Shown one piece after another: positions 26,528-36,200 of a stretch of 39,269 nt of DNA. Position numbers and translations under genes: made by a program. This DNA comes from a virus (Duplodnaviria > Caudoviricetes). The stretch spans positions 1 through 39,269 of IMG/VR virus record IMGVR_UViG_3300010362_000050. One strand, 5' to 3'. The first letter of the stretch is position 1. Every line of letters begins with the position of its first letter. The notes beneath the pieces are model-generated. The model did not search any database. It worked only from the letters and a program-made list of their open reading frames with translations, and was not told the origin of the DNA.

Positions 26528-26838
26528 GGTAGCGCCTCGCGAATCTCGACGCCGTACACGGTCTCCATCGCCGCCTGGTGCGTAACGTGATCGACATACG
26601 GCCGACGCTGGCGGTGGAGAAAGAGTTCGGCGTACCCCAGCGTGTCATCCGCGAAGCGACAGCGGTTGGTGACGTCCTCGCCGCGATACCAGACACGCAG
26701 ATGCACGCCTCGGGACTTCAGGAGGCGATGACGGTCGACGTCGACGGGGCCCCAGGGCGCCGCCGGCTTCGCGCGTCGAAGCCTCAACGTGACCAGGAGC
26801 GCGGAGAGCGATTCGAGGAAGCCGCGGCGCGATATCAC
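26524..26838 (-). CDS. Hypothetical protein with twin-arginine-like N-terminus
   Basis: MISRRGFLESLSALLV; GTGA overlaps on both sides. Confidence 0.6.
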   Translation of the reverse strand: MISRRGFLESLSALLVTLRLRRAKPAAPWGPVDVDRHRLLKSRGVHLRVWYRGEDVTNRCRFADDTLGYAELFLHRQRRPYVDHVTHQAAMETVYGVEIREALP

Positions 26839-27197
26839 GGAAGGACCTCACTGCACAGCAGGATCGTCTCGAGCTGCTTCTCTTCGGGCGTCGCCACGCC
26901 GATCACCGAAAACGGTCGGCCGGTGTAGACGACGCGATCGTTGACCTTGATGTCCGCGCGGTAGGGCCCGGTCACGACATGCGAGGCCTGGGCGATCGTC
27001 GAGCCCGACGCGATGCGCTCGAGGCTGCGTGCCGTCGCGGGTTCGATCGCGACGTACCAGTCCCGCGGCGTCGCGTCGATCCACGTCGGCGTCGGCACGC
27101 CGGGATTCGTCGGGTTCGCGGCATTCGGGCCGCGGTGCTGCACGATGACGTGCTTGTCCCGGCGGCCGGTCGCGATGGGGCTCTGGCTGCTGGGCAT
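26835..27197 (-). CDS. Head closure / head-tail adaptor (SPP1 gp16-like)
   Basis: GRRDKHVIVQ, W..IEP, YRADI...DRVVY.GRPFSVIGV..PEE. Confidence 0.8.
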   Translation of the reverse strand: MPSSQSPIATGRRDKHVIVQHRGPNAANPTNPGVPTPTWIDATPRDWYVAIEPATARSLERIASGSTIAQASHVVTGPYRADIKVNDRVVYTGRPFSVIGVATPEEKQLETILLCSEVLP

Positions 27198-27415
27198 TAG
27201 CGAAGCACCCAGTCCATTGCAGGAATGCGCAGCGGCGTCGTCCTATCAAACACCCGTTCATTCGGCGCGCCGCAACCCTCGCAAACGCCAAGCGGGCCAT
27301 ATCGGCGGCAGTAGCCGCAACGCACGATCGGCGGCGGTGGCGGGGCCGGCGGCGCCGGCAACGGGCGCGGCATCGGCGGCCAGCTTTCAGGCGGATCCGG
27401 AGTCAGGCGTCCCAT
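27197..27415 (-). CDS. Small Pro-rich zinc-ribbon protein
   Basis: ATG at 27415; PPAPPPPP then CGYC...CEGCGAP; TAATG overlap with the next gene. Confidence 0.55.
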   Translation of the reverse strand: MGRLTPDPPESWPPMPRPLPAPPAPPPPPIVRCGYCRRYGPLGVCEGCGAPNERVFDRTTPLRIPAMDWVLR

Positions 27416-27417
27416 GG

Positions 27418-27777
27418 TCAGGCCAAGGCCGGATCCCGAAGCCGGCGCAAGATGCTGGTAATGGTAGGCGTCAGCTGCCCGTCTTCGATCTTCGCTGGGC
27501 CCTGTCCCTCGACGTCGTCCCCATGGAAGCGCCACAGTTCGCTCAGCATCAGCAGGATCGCCGACTGCACGCGCGGCGGCACCGTGTTCGGTTGATCGGG
27601 CTCAATCGTCCAGTGTTCCGGCGACGTCGCGGGGATCTTCAGGTAGTCGAGGATGATGTCCTCCGCCTGGGCAAGCTTCAGCGTCAGATCCCGTTCCATC
27701 GGATCGATCGGCGAGGCGCCCAGGATGATCGGAACCCGCAGATGGTCGACGGCCTGCTGCATCGTCACGAGCGCCAT
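27418..27777 (-). CDS. Head-tail connector (HK97 gp6-like)
   Basis: MALVT...HLR, AEDIILDYL, VQSAILL....W, LRDPALA; GGGAGG RBS. Confidence 0.85.
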   Translation of the reverse strand: MALVTMQQAVDHLRVPIILGASPIDPMERDLTLKLAQAEDIILDYLKIPATSPEHWTIEPDQPNTVPPRVQSAILLMLSELWRFHGDDVEGQGPAKIEDGQLTPTITSILRRLRDPALA

Positions 27778-28463
27778 GCCAGCCTCTCGTACATCGAGCA
27801 GTCGCCAATCCACGAGCGCAGCGTGGCGAGCGTCGGATCGGGATGCCACTCCGGACCCGACGGCCGATGCCCGATCCCGAGCCCGGCGCGGCCGGGCAAG
27901 CCCTTGATGCCGACGACCGTTTCCGTGCGCGCGAGGCGCTGCGCCGGCGCCGGCACGAGCTCCCAGAGCTCCGCATCCACGCTGAAGGCGTGTCTCCGCT
28001 GGCAGGCCGCGATGACGCGAGACAGGAGCGGCAACAAGGCCCGCTTCAGTCCCGTCTGGCAGAGCGAGGCCCCGCGATTCTGGAAGACGCGCCAGCACCG
28101 CTGGCGGACGTTGTAGTAGCGCTGCACGTCGTCGCCCGCGATGAGGGCGTCCTCGTCGGCGAGCTGCCCCATCAGCCGTTCGAGGTGCGTCGGCTGGTAG
28201 TGGTCATCGTCCTCGAGGAAGAGAATGACGTCGCCGGTTGCCACCGCCAGCGCGCCTTCGAGGTTGTGCAGGAAGTTCGACGCTCCGGGCGGCCGCGGCG
28301 ATCGCACCACGCGCTGCCCGAGCGTGACGTCAGCCGGCACGATCCCGCCGTCGGCGACGATCCACTCGTCGGGCTGGCGCGTCTGCGCGCGCATGAAGCC
28401 CTCCAGCAGGCCGAACGCCACTGGCCGATCACACGTCGGGGTGATCACGCTCAGGCGCGACAT
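27765..28463 (-). CDS. Glycosyltransferase, GT2/GT-A fold
   Basis: LSVITPT.DRP, WIVADGG, ILFLEDDDHY. Confidence 0.85.
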   Translation of the reverse strand: MSRLSVITPTCDRPVAFGLLEGFMRAQTRQPDEWIVADGGIVPADVTLGQRVVRSPRPPGASNFLHNLEGALAVATGDVILFLEDDDHYQPTHLERLMGQLADEDALIAGDDVQRYYNVRQRCWRVFQNRGASLCQTGLKRALLPLLSRVIAACQRRHAFSVDAELWELVPAPAQRLARTETVVGIKGLPGRAGLGIGHRPSGPEWHPDPTLATLRSWIGDCSMYERLAWRS

Positions 28464-29119
28464 GCCGCCTCCCGCGCGGGCTGATAGAGCGTCCAGCGCG
28501 CGTACGGATTGTCGCGATAGTGGCCGGTCAGATAGCGGACCTTTGTCGCCGTCAGCCAGCGGGCGAAATCGACCGACATCTGATCGCGCCAGTGCCACTT
28601 CCGCACTTCCGCCCACCAGATCCGGTTGAAGTTGGCGATCGGCATCGTGTGCCGTCGCAGGCAGAGGCCGGTCGACGTGATCGCCCGCTGGGTGAAGCCG
28701 AGCGCGGTGTAGGCGGCCACCTGGCGATCGAGCAGGGTCCGGTCGACATAGCCGAGCGTCGCGATCGCCTCGGCTTCCTCCGCGATCGTGCTCCGATGCG
28801 GATGCTGCAGCGCGAGCAGATCCGCGCCGTCCATGAGCGTGACGAGCCCACGCGGGTTGCTCGTGAGCGTGAAGGCCGCATCGTGCCAGAGCGAGAACTC
28901 CGGTGACTCGAGCGCGGGATGATCGGCCAGGATCTTCAGCCGGCGCGACGTCAACCGTGGACCCTCAGCCGGCACGATGCGGATCGTCTCGTACGGCGGC
29001 ACGTGCACCGCACGATCGCTGAAACAGACGTAGCGGACGTCCGGCACGACGATCAGCGGCCGCCGGAGCGGATCGGTATCCCCGAGCACGGCGGTGAAGA
29101 CCGTGAACGGCGCCGTCAT
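28451..29119 (-). CDS. Glycosyltransferase-like protein (DUF616/TOD1-MUCI70-like)
   Basis: VFTAVLGDTD.L, YVCFSD, SLWHDA, HPHR.TI.EE, RDQMS. Confidence 0.75.
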   Translation of the reverse strand: MTAPFTVFTAVLGDTDPLRRPLIVVPDVRYVCFSDRAVHVPPYETIRIVPAEGPRLTSRRLKILADHPALESPEFSLWHDAAFTLTSNPRGLVTLMDGADLLALQHPHRSTIAEEAEAIATLGYVDRTLLDRQVAAYTALGFTQRAITSTGLCLRRHTMPIANFNRIWWAEVRKWHWRDQMSVDFARWLTATKVRYLTGHYRDNPYARWTLYQPAREAACRA

Positions 29120-29721
29120 CGGCGTCGCTCCATGACGAGCAAGCCATGGCTGTCGACGTAGCGCGCGGCAATCTGCCACGAGGGATCCCGGATGCAGGCC
29201 TCGTCGATCGCGGGCCGGATGCCGAGATACGCGCGCGGCACCGATGGGCCGCCGGGCGTGTACGCCCAGGCCGGCCGACCGGTCTCACCGTCGGCGGCGA
29301 TCTCACCGAAGGTCCCGACATCGTGGAAGACGAGAAAGTGCTTCACGCGATCGGCATGCCGGCGGAGCTCCGCATCGCACTGCGCGTACGAATGGAGAGA
29401 GTCGACGAACAGCAGATCGCACGGAGGGATCTCCGCGGTCCGGCTGTCTTCGATGCGGTAATCCCAGTGCGCGCCAGCGGCCGCGGCGAGCCGATCCGCC
29501 TCCGAGGTGCGCACGAGATCGTACGATCGTACGTAGGGCGCCCCGAGCAGCAGCGCGCTCGACGAGGCGCCACGTTTCACGCCGAATTCCACACAGACGT
29601 CACACGACGCGGCCAGCATGCGCAGCCGCGGCAGATGCGCCGTGATCGCGGTCTGCTGGCGCAGATGCCCCTCGTAGATGGCCGCCACGGCCTGAGCGTT
29701 CCAGGTATCGACGGCCGTCAC
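29116..29721 (-). CDS. Class I SAM-dependent methyltransferase (Methyltransf_24-like)
   Basis: VEFGVKRGASS, DLLFVDSLH.Y, LVFHDV, GL.V. Confidence 0.85.
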   Translation of the reverse strand: MTAVDTWNAQAVAAIYEGHLRQQTAITAHLPRLRMLAASCDVCVEFGVKRGASSSALLLGAPYVRSYDLVRTSEADRLAAAAGAHWDYRIEDSRTAEIPPCDLLFVDSLHSYAQCDAELRRHADRVKHFLVFHDVGTFGEIAADGETGRPAWAYTPGGPSVPRAYLGIRPAIDEACIRDPSWQIAARYVDSHGLLVMERRR

Positions 29722-30443
29722 GGGAGCGCCCCCTCGAGCGGCTGGCGCGGCACGCATGTGAGCGCGCTCCAGCGCGACGCATTTACCAGACGCACCCCGA
29801 GCTGCTCGAGCGGCTCGATGCACGTGGCGAAGTGTTCGCGGAAGAGCGCGTAGGGCGATCCGCCGCGCAGCGGCGAAGGATGCGCGCCGAACCAGTGCGA
29901 TCGGGCTTCCCCATCCGGCGCGTCCATGTCGTACCCGAGCAGGACGATCGTTTTCGCGCCGAGATGCACGGCGAGGTTCACCGCGGCGTACCCGGAGTTA
30001 CGACCGTCGCGCAGTCCCGTTGGCGCGAGCTCGATTCCGTCGTGTCCGGTGTTCTCGAGCACCGTCACGCCCCAGCAGGCCGCATGCTTCTCGAGGCTGA
30101 CCTTCAGCCCCACGAACTCGGGTACACCGCGATGGTGCGCCCACCACGCGGAATCGCTAGCCATGAGCGCGTCGGCCCACGGGGCCAGGCGGTACGCGTC
30201 ATTGACGGCGATGACCGTGGCGCGCTCGCGACAGTACGCGACGTCGGCGCGAGAGAGTGAGGGCCCACAGCCAAGACAGACGACCGTGCCGCCATCGCAC
30301 AGGCGCGGCGCGCGAGGCGGCTCCCGTCTATAGACGACCTGTCCGCCCTCCGCCATCGGTACCAGCCGCGCGCCACCCATTCGGAGAATGTCCGGGCGTG
30401 TCGCGCGCTCCGCGGCAGTCAGCTCGCGCACGTCACTCGCCAC
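29718..30443 (-). CDS. MptE/Maf (DUF115)-like, sialyltransferase-fold protein
   Basis: VCLGCGPSL, IAVNDA, NSGYAAVNLAVHLGAKTIVLLGYD, HWFG. Confidence 0.75.
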   Translation of the reverse strand: MASDVRELTAAERATRPDILRMGGARLVPMAEGGQVVYRREPPRAPRLCDGGTVVCLGCGPSLSRADVAYCRERATVIAVNDAYRLAPWADALMASDSAWWAHHRGVPEFVGLKVSLEKHAACWGVTVLENTGHDGIELAPTGLRDGRNSGYAAVNLAVHLGAKTIVLLGYDMDAPDGEARSHWFGAHPSPLRGGSPYALFREHFATCIEPLEQLGVRLVNASRWSALTCVPRQPLEGALP

Positions 30444-30657
30444 GCAGCACCTTCAGTCGGACATCCGGGGCACAGACGACGATCTGCTGATCCGGCCAGA
30501 TAGCCTTGAGTTCATCGCGGATGCGTGCGAACGCCTCGACCGGCAGCTCGCGCGTCAACTCGACCACGATGACGTCCTTCGGACGCACCGGCGCGGCGGA
30601 GATCTTCGCGATCTCCGGCATCGCGACGAGCGCCGCGATGGCTTCGCGCCGATTCAT
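30433..30657 (-). CDS. Hypothetical protein with twin-arginine-like N-terminus
   Basis: MNRREAIAALVAMP; GAGGG RBS. Confidence 0.6.
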   Translation of the reverse strand: MNRREAIAALVAMPEIAKISAAPVRPKDVIVVELTRELPVEAFARIRDELKAIWPDQQIVVCAPDVRLKVLRGE

Positions 30658-30666
30658 CGGCTTCCC

Positions 30667-31512
30667 TCAGTAGGCATTGCGTCCCGGTGTCCCGGGGTCT
30701 CCTTTCGCGCCCTGCGGCCCCACGTCGCCCCGCGGCCCTTCTTTCCCGTCGCGCCCGCGCTTCACCGCCAGCGACCAGAACTTGGCCGCATGCGGGGTGT
30801 CATCCGGGGTCACGCTCGTGGCCGTCTTCGCGATCCACGACGACCCCCCGCGCGTGACGGCATCCCCGCGGGCGTACTCGCGGCCGGCTTCATGCGTGCC
30901 GCGGTTGATGACGATGGGCAGCACGATCGCCCGTTCCTTGACGAGCTCCCCGCGCACGAAGCGGAACGTCACGGTCCGCTCGCCGTCGTAGGCGACGTCG
31001 AAGTCCTCGAGCGAGAACCCGTCGAGGCCGTTCGTCCCGTCGCGGCCGGGGGACCCATCGAGGCCCTTCGCGCCGTCCTGTCCGTCGCGGCCCGGGACGC
31101 CTGGCTGACCGTCACGGCCGTCTCGGCCAGCCTCCCCGGGCTGCCCCGCCGGCCCTCGGTCGCCGGCTGTCCCGGTCTCGCCCTGGAGGCCCTCCTGGCC
31201 GGGTTCTCCGGGCTCGCCGCGCGCGCCAGGCGCGCCCTCAGGACCTTGGGGCCCCACCGGACCGACGTCGCCAGCCAGGCCCCGCGGGCCCTCGGCGCCG
31301 GGCTCACCCGCCGGCCCAGCCGGTCCCGTCGGTCCGATCTCTCCGCGATCGCCCTGAGGCCCGGCCACAGGCGGGCGCGCTTCCAGTTCCGCGATCTTCC
31401 GGATCAGCGGCGTCATGGCCGCCGTGACCGCGGCCTCTACGGACGTCGTCACGAAGCCCTTGAGCGCCGGCACCGTCCCATCAACGAACGCGCGGAGCTC
31501 CTCGGTCGTCAT
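30667..31512 (-). CDS. Collagen-like head-associated protein
   Basis: About 38 uninterrupted G-X-Y triplets, then YARGDAVTRGGSSWIA...WSLAVKRGRDG module; directly after portal. Confidence 0.85.
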   Translation of the reverse strand: MTTEELRAFVDGTVPALKGFVTTSVEAAVTAAMTPLIRKIAELEARPPVAGPQGDRGEIGPTGPAGPAGEPGAEGPRGLAGDVGPVGPQGPEGAPGARGEPGEPGQEGLQGETGTAGDRGPAGQPGEAGRDGRDGQPGVPGRDGQDGAKGLDGSPGRDGTNGLDGFSLEDFDVAYDGERTVTFRFVRGELVKERAIVLPIVINRGTHEAGREYARGDAVTRGGSSWIAKTATSVTPDDTPHAAKFWSLAVKRGRDGKEGPRGDVGPQGAKGDPGTPGRNAY

Positions 31513-32912
31513 GCGGCGAGTGCCTTGCGCACCAGCGAGTCGGTCACGTCGGAGACCGCCTCGAGCGGAATCTCACGTTCGGCCGACGGTGGTGCGGCCG
31601 GTGGCGGCTGTGGCGGCATCGGCGCCGGCGGCGTCGGCGGACGCGTCGGCAGCTCCCGCTCCGCCAGCAGCTCAAGCGGCCAGTTCTGCTCCTGGAGGTA
31701 CGGCGTCTCGCCACCGGCGACCGGTGGGTAATTGATCCGCTTCCGGGCGTCGTTCGGGGAAAAGAGAGCGCCTTGAACCCCCTTGGCGAGCGTGTCGATC
31801 ATCGTCGCCGTGTCCATGCGCAGCAGATCGTCGAGGTCGACGTTCACGCGGTACTTGCTCGGCAGCTCGAGCCCTTCTGTGAGCGCGCACTTCAGCGACT
31901 CGGTGGGCTCCTGGAGCGCCTGTGCGTAGTACCCCTGTTCGAGCGCCTCGATGTTGTTGTATGCGGGTGGCGGCTCGGCGCCGACCTTGTACGCGGGGAT
32001 GTGGAACGGCACCGGCACTTGCGCGGCCGTCCACTTCAACTGTTCGATGAGCTGCGCGTCGATCGCCTTCATGGTGAAGGGTTCGAATTTCAGCCCGTCG
32101 CCGCCGACGGCGACCTTGCCCGCGTTTTCGCCAGAGAAGTTTTCGTTGAAGTACTTCGCGAGCCGGTCCGCGGTCTCCTTGGAAATCGCGCCGGGCGCCG
32201 AGAGGAAACCGCTGAGGATCGCCCCATTGGCGAAGAACGCTGTGGAGTTCTTCTGAATCTTCAGCCCCTGGATCGCCGTCAGGCCGGCGGCTGCGACCGG
32301 CCCGACGCCGACCAAGGGGTGATACAGCGGATACATGATGTCGTGGATGATCTCGCTCGCCGGCACGACAAGGGCGTCGTCCACGAGCGTCGAAAGCGGA
32401 TCCCGTTGGAGCTGGTAGTACACCGAGCCGTCTTCGGCCACAAGCGGCGTCACGCGCGAGGGGTCGAGGATGTAGAGCGCGCTGATCGTGTTGCGATCGT
32501 TGCGCTCCTTCAGCACGTAGGTGTTGCCGGTCCGGAGCTTGGAGATGATCCAGTACATCGCGAACTTGATTCGCGATTGGTAGCGGTTCGGCTTGCGCAG
32601 TAGTGGGCTGAACGCCGGCGCCTCAGTCTCCACCCAGATGCCGTTGCTGTCGCGCTCCTCGAGGAACCATCGCATCTTGGCGATGTCACCGCCGATGAGC
32701 GTCACGCAGGCGAAGAGCGTCGCTTGCGCCAGCACGTTGAGATCGTCGGTGGCGACGATGTTCTGTTGCCACGCGCCCGGGAAGCTCTCGCGGACCAGCG
32801 GCCAGATCCGCCACCAGCCCCGATTCCCCGTGGTATCGAGCGGCATCAGGTTCGCGGCCGTCGCGTCGATCTTCTTCGACCGGACGATGTCGAACCCGAA
32901 AAGCCGCATCAC
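31509..32912 (-). CDS. Portal protein (HK97 family)
   Basis: LLRKPN.YQ, GNTY, SEIIH, FFANGA..SGFL, NAGKVAV, SPNDAR. Confidence 0.93.
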   Translation of the reverse strand: MMRLFGFDIVRSKKIDATAANLMPLDTTGNRGWWRIWPLVRESFPGAWQQNIVATDDLNVLAQATLFACVTLIGGDIAKMRWFLEERDSNGIWVETEAPAFSPLLRKPNRYQSRIKFAMYWIISKLRTGNTYVLKERNDRNTISALYILDPSRVTPLVAEDGSVYYQLQRDPLSTLVDDALVVPASEIIHDIMYPLYHPLVGVGPVAAAGLTAIQGLKIQKNSTAFFANGAILSGFLSAPGAISKETADRLAKYFNENFSGENAGKVAVGGDGLKFEPFTMKAIDAQLIEQLKWTAAQVPVPFHIPAYKVGAEPPPAYNNIEALEQGYYAQALQEPTESLKCALTEGLELPSKYRVNVDLDDLLRMDTATMIDTLAKGVQGALFSPNDARKRINYPPVAGGETPYLQEQNWPLELLAERELPTRPPTPPAPMPPQPPPAAPPSAEREIPLEAVSDVTDSLVRKALAA

Positions 32913-33208
32913 TCCTCCGGTCGCAGATCGGTCCGCTGATACCGACCCTCCGCACGGCGCCGGCCTGGTGCGGGGGACGGCAGATCAGCGGGGGGGGGCT
33001 CAGCAGGAACGGGCTCAGAGGTGTCGTGTCCAGATTCTGCCGCGATCGTGGCGCTGCCAGCGCCGGGTACGGCTTTCTTCTGATAGCGCCACGCCGCGGC
33101 CGTGGCCGCATCGCACGTGAATTCCTCCCCGCTGCGGTACAGCCGGCCGCGGTAGGTGACGTCCTTCAGCGCGCGCATCCGAACCTGTGACATCGGCGGT
33201 GGGCTCAC
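32909..33208 (-). CDS. Small head-region protein (start uncertain: 33208, 33193 or 33178)
   Basis: MRALKDVTYRGRLYRSGEEF...; Pro/Ser/Thr-rich tail; RYQRTDLRPE end. Confidence 0.7.
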   Translation of the reverse strand: MSPPPMSQVRMRALKDVTYRGRLYRSGEEFTCDAATAAAWRYQKKAVPGAGSATIAAESGHDTSEPVPAEPPPADLPSPAPGRRRAEGRYQRTDLRPEE

Positions 33209-33258
33209 GGAGGAGTGGGCTGCGCGACGCTCAACCTCCTCCGTGTTGAGCGCCGCGC
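33206..33258 (-). promoter_or_regulatory. Structured RNA element after the capsid stop (hairpin whose loop is complementary to downstream sequence)
   Basis: 14-bp stem 33258-33245/33235-33222; loop ACGGAGGAG exactly complementary to CUCCUCCGU at 33215-33207. Confidence 0.6.
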
Positions 33259-33268
33259 GCGTCAGGGA

Positions 33269-36200
33269 TTACGCCGCCCAGGCGACGTTGTCGAGCCACG
33301 CCACCGCTTCCGGCCGGCGACGCGCCCAGTTTACGAACCGCTCCGCGCGCAGACCGAGCAGGTTGGCCTGCCAGAGCGAAACCATCGTCGTCGCCACCGG
33401 CGCCGCCGGCGATCCGGCTGCTCCAGAGTTCGTCGGGTTGTCGAGCATCTGGAGCGACGCCTCGCGCGACGCGTCGATCACGACCTGGCCGTCGTCGGCG
33501 AGATAGATGTCCGAGGCGTTGGCGAGGATGACGATGTTGCGGACCGGTGAGCCGCCCAGCGAGGCGTACTGCGAGGCGACGACGGGGATTCCGAGCAGGG
33601 TTCCGCCCTTCATCGTGAGGCCGGCGAATTCCGGCTGGCCGAACGCATTCACCATGAGCGACAGCGCCAGAGCGGTCGTGCTCGGCATGATGAAGACGGC
33701 GTTGTCGGGCGGGTTGTCGTTCTCGACGAACTGGCCGATGAGCGCCGCGAGGGCGACGCGGACCGCAGCGGCGTCGGTCCCGCTGTGCGCCACCGGCGTA
33801 ATGCCGTTGGTGATCGACGCTGGCGAGACCTTGGTGACCGCGGCTTTCGCCGGATCGATGAAGTCCTTGTCCATGCGCTCGATGATGGCCGCGGCCAGCG
33901 CGTTCCGCACGAGCGTCTCGGCCGACGGCGAGGAGAACCGGACCAGTTCATCACTGAGCACGGCGATGTTGGCGACCTTGGCGAATCCGAGCTCAGTCGG
34001 CGTGAAGTCGAACTTGGTGAGCGGCTTCGGCGCGCCTTCTCCGACCCAGTAGCCCTGCCCGCCGCTCGTCTGGCCGATGACGCGAATGTTGAAGGGGACT
34101 TTTTGCAGGCCATCGATGCGGCCGATGATCGTGGCCGGTCGTAGGAACTGGATGAAGTCTCCGGTGAAGTTCTGATAGTCGACGAGACTCCCCGCCCACG
34201 TCGGATCGGTCGTCGTTCCAGCCGCGATGGCCGCCTTGAGGACCGTCTCGATCCGCGGCATGTCCGGGAAGCGCGTCCGGGCGATCTCGAGCGCCTGCGG
34301 CGCGAACCCTTTCGCCGAGAGCAGACACATCGCATAGCGCGCGAATTCGATCCCCGGCTCCAGCGGCTTGCTGACGGTGATCGTGTGATGCGCACCGCGT
34401 GACACGGACGCTTCGTTGGCCGTTGTGCCGAGCGCCGGTCGCGCGTTCGCCTTGTTGATCGTCTCGGCCTGCGTGAGCCGCACGAGATGCTCGTCGAGCG
34501 ACTTGACCTCCCGATCGAGGCTGTCGTACTCCTCGCTCTGCGCCGGGTCGAGCGTCGCGTCACCTGCGGCCTCCATGATGGCGGTCATCCGCGCGGCCTT
34601 GGCCTGACGACTCGCTTCGAACGATTTGATGCGCTCCTGAATGTTGAACATGGGACTTCTCGATCGGTCTGCGCCCGTGGGGCCGGGCTTGACGACGACG
34701 ACCCAGCGGCCAGTGCCTGAGGCGGCGGGCCGCCCGCGGTCGAAGGACTTGATGGTGGCAATGGTGGCGTCTGCGTTCGCGGGAATCGTGACCAGCGAGA
34801 GTTCGAGCAGTTCGGTTTCCAGAAACCGGAACCCGCCGGTCTCACGAATGACCTCGACGGCCTCGTTGAGCGGCCTGAAGCCGATCGAGACGGCGCGGAC
34901 CAACTTTGCAATGACCGAGTCGATCGCCTCGTTGACCCGCTCGCGCAAATTCGTGGATCGAAACGGCGTCGGGTCTGGAATGACGGCGCTAAACGGCAGG
35001 CCCTCGGCGGTCGCCCTCGTGAACGTGACCTGACCGATGGGTTTCTGGGTGTCGTGGTAGAGCAACAGCGACACCGGGTTTTCGAATTGAATGCCGCTTG
35101 TCACGATCTCGTCGCCGACCCGATCTACTTCGGGCGTGGTCGCGATCCCGCTGAATGTTAGGCCGCCGTTCCGGTTCGTGCTGTCGATTTCCTTGATTTT
35201 CAGGACGCTATACGCGCGGTACTCGGTTCTCGCTGGAATCGTCCGTCGCACCATCTTCACCTGAAGATTCTCGGCCATGCGGTAGCGCGAGCCGTGCGTC
35301 TGGACCGCGGTGATCAGTGCGCGCTGCTCGGCCAGCTTGGCGAGGGCCTGCGTCAGCGCCGCCGAGACGGTGAGCCCTTCCTGCTCCTGGATGATCGTCG
35401 CGAACCGGGCGAGCTCGCGGACGTGCGCGCCGGAATAGCCGTCGGTGGCGTCGACCGCGGTCTTCCGATCGGTGGCGGGCAACGACGGCAGCCAGCGCTG
35501 CAGCATCTTCCCGCGCGCGACGGGGTCCGGGAGATCGAACTTCAGGACGTCATGAAAGCGCCCGGGCCGATCGATCAAGGCCTTCGGCAGCAGCTCCGGA
35601 TAGTTCGTGGTCAGGACCGTCACCACGCCCGTGCTCTGCGCAATGCCGTCCATCTCGGTCTTCAGCAGATCGACCGAGTAGCCATCCAGCCAGTTGTCGA
35701 CGTCCTCGATGAAGAGAATCGACGGCGCGTACTCCTTCGCCAGCGAGAATGCGTAGGCGAGCCCGCCGAAGGCGCCGGCGCGGTGGAAGTCGCGCGCTGA
35801 CACCCAGATGAACGTGCCCTTGGCGGCGTTCATCATCAGCCGGCCGGACAGCGTCTTGCCGGTGCCCGGCGGCCCGACGAGCAGCATGCCGCGGTTCTCG
35901 AGCGTCGCGCCCTTCTCGTTGATGAGCGTCACGACACGGCGAATCGCCTTCTCGTTGGCCGGCTCGAGGAAGAGATCGTCCCAGCTCTCTTCGCTCCGCG
36001 TCAGGAACTGGCCGGAGAGTGCGAAGGCCTCGCCCTGGAGCAGCTTCAGGCCGGCCGCGCGCGTCAGGACCTCGTCGAGCAGCTGGTGCGCGACGCCGCG
36101 CTCGTCGCGCTTCGCGTACGTCGTGACGTCGAGCCCGTACCACGCCGGTTGCACGCGCAGCGCGAGCTTCGTGCCCTTCCACTGGAAGAACCGGATCCCA

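Noticed and set aside
30667-31512. Collagen repeat as a eukaryotic acquisition
   Set aside because: G-X-Y proteins next to the portal are common in phages.
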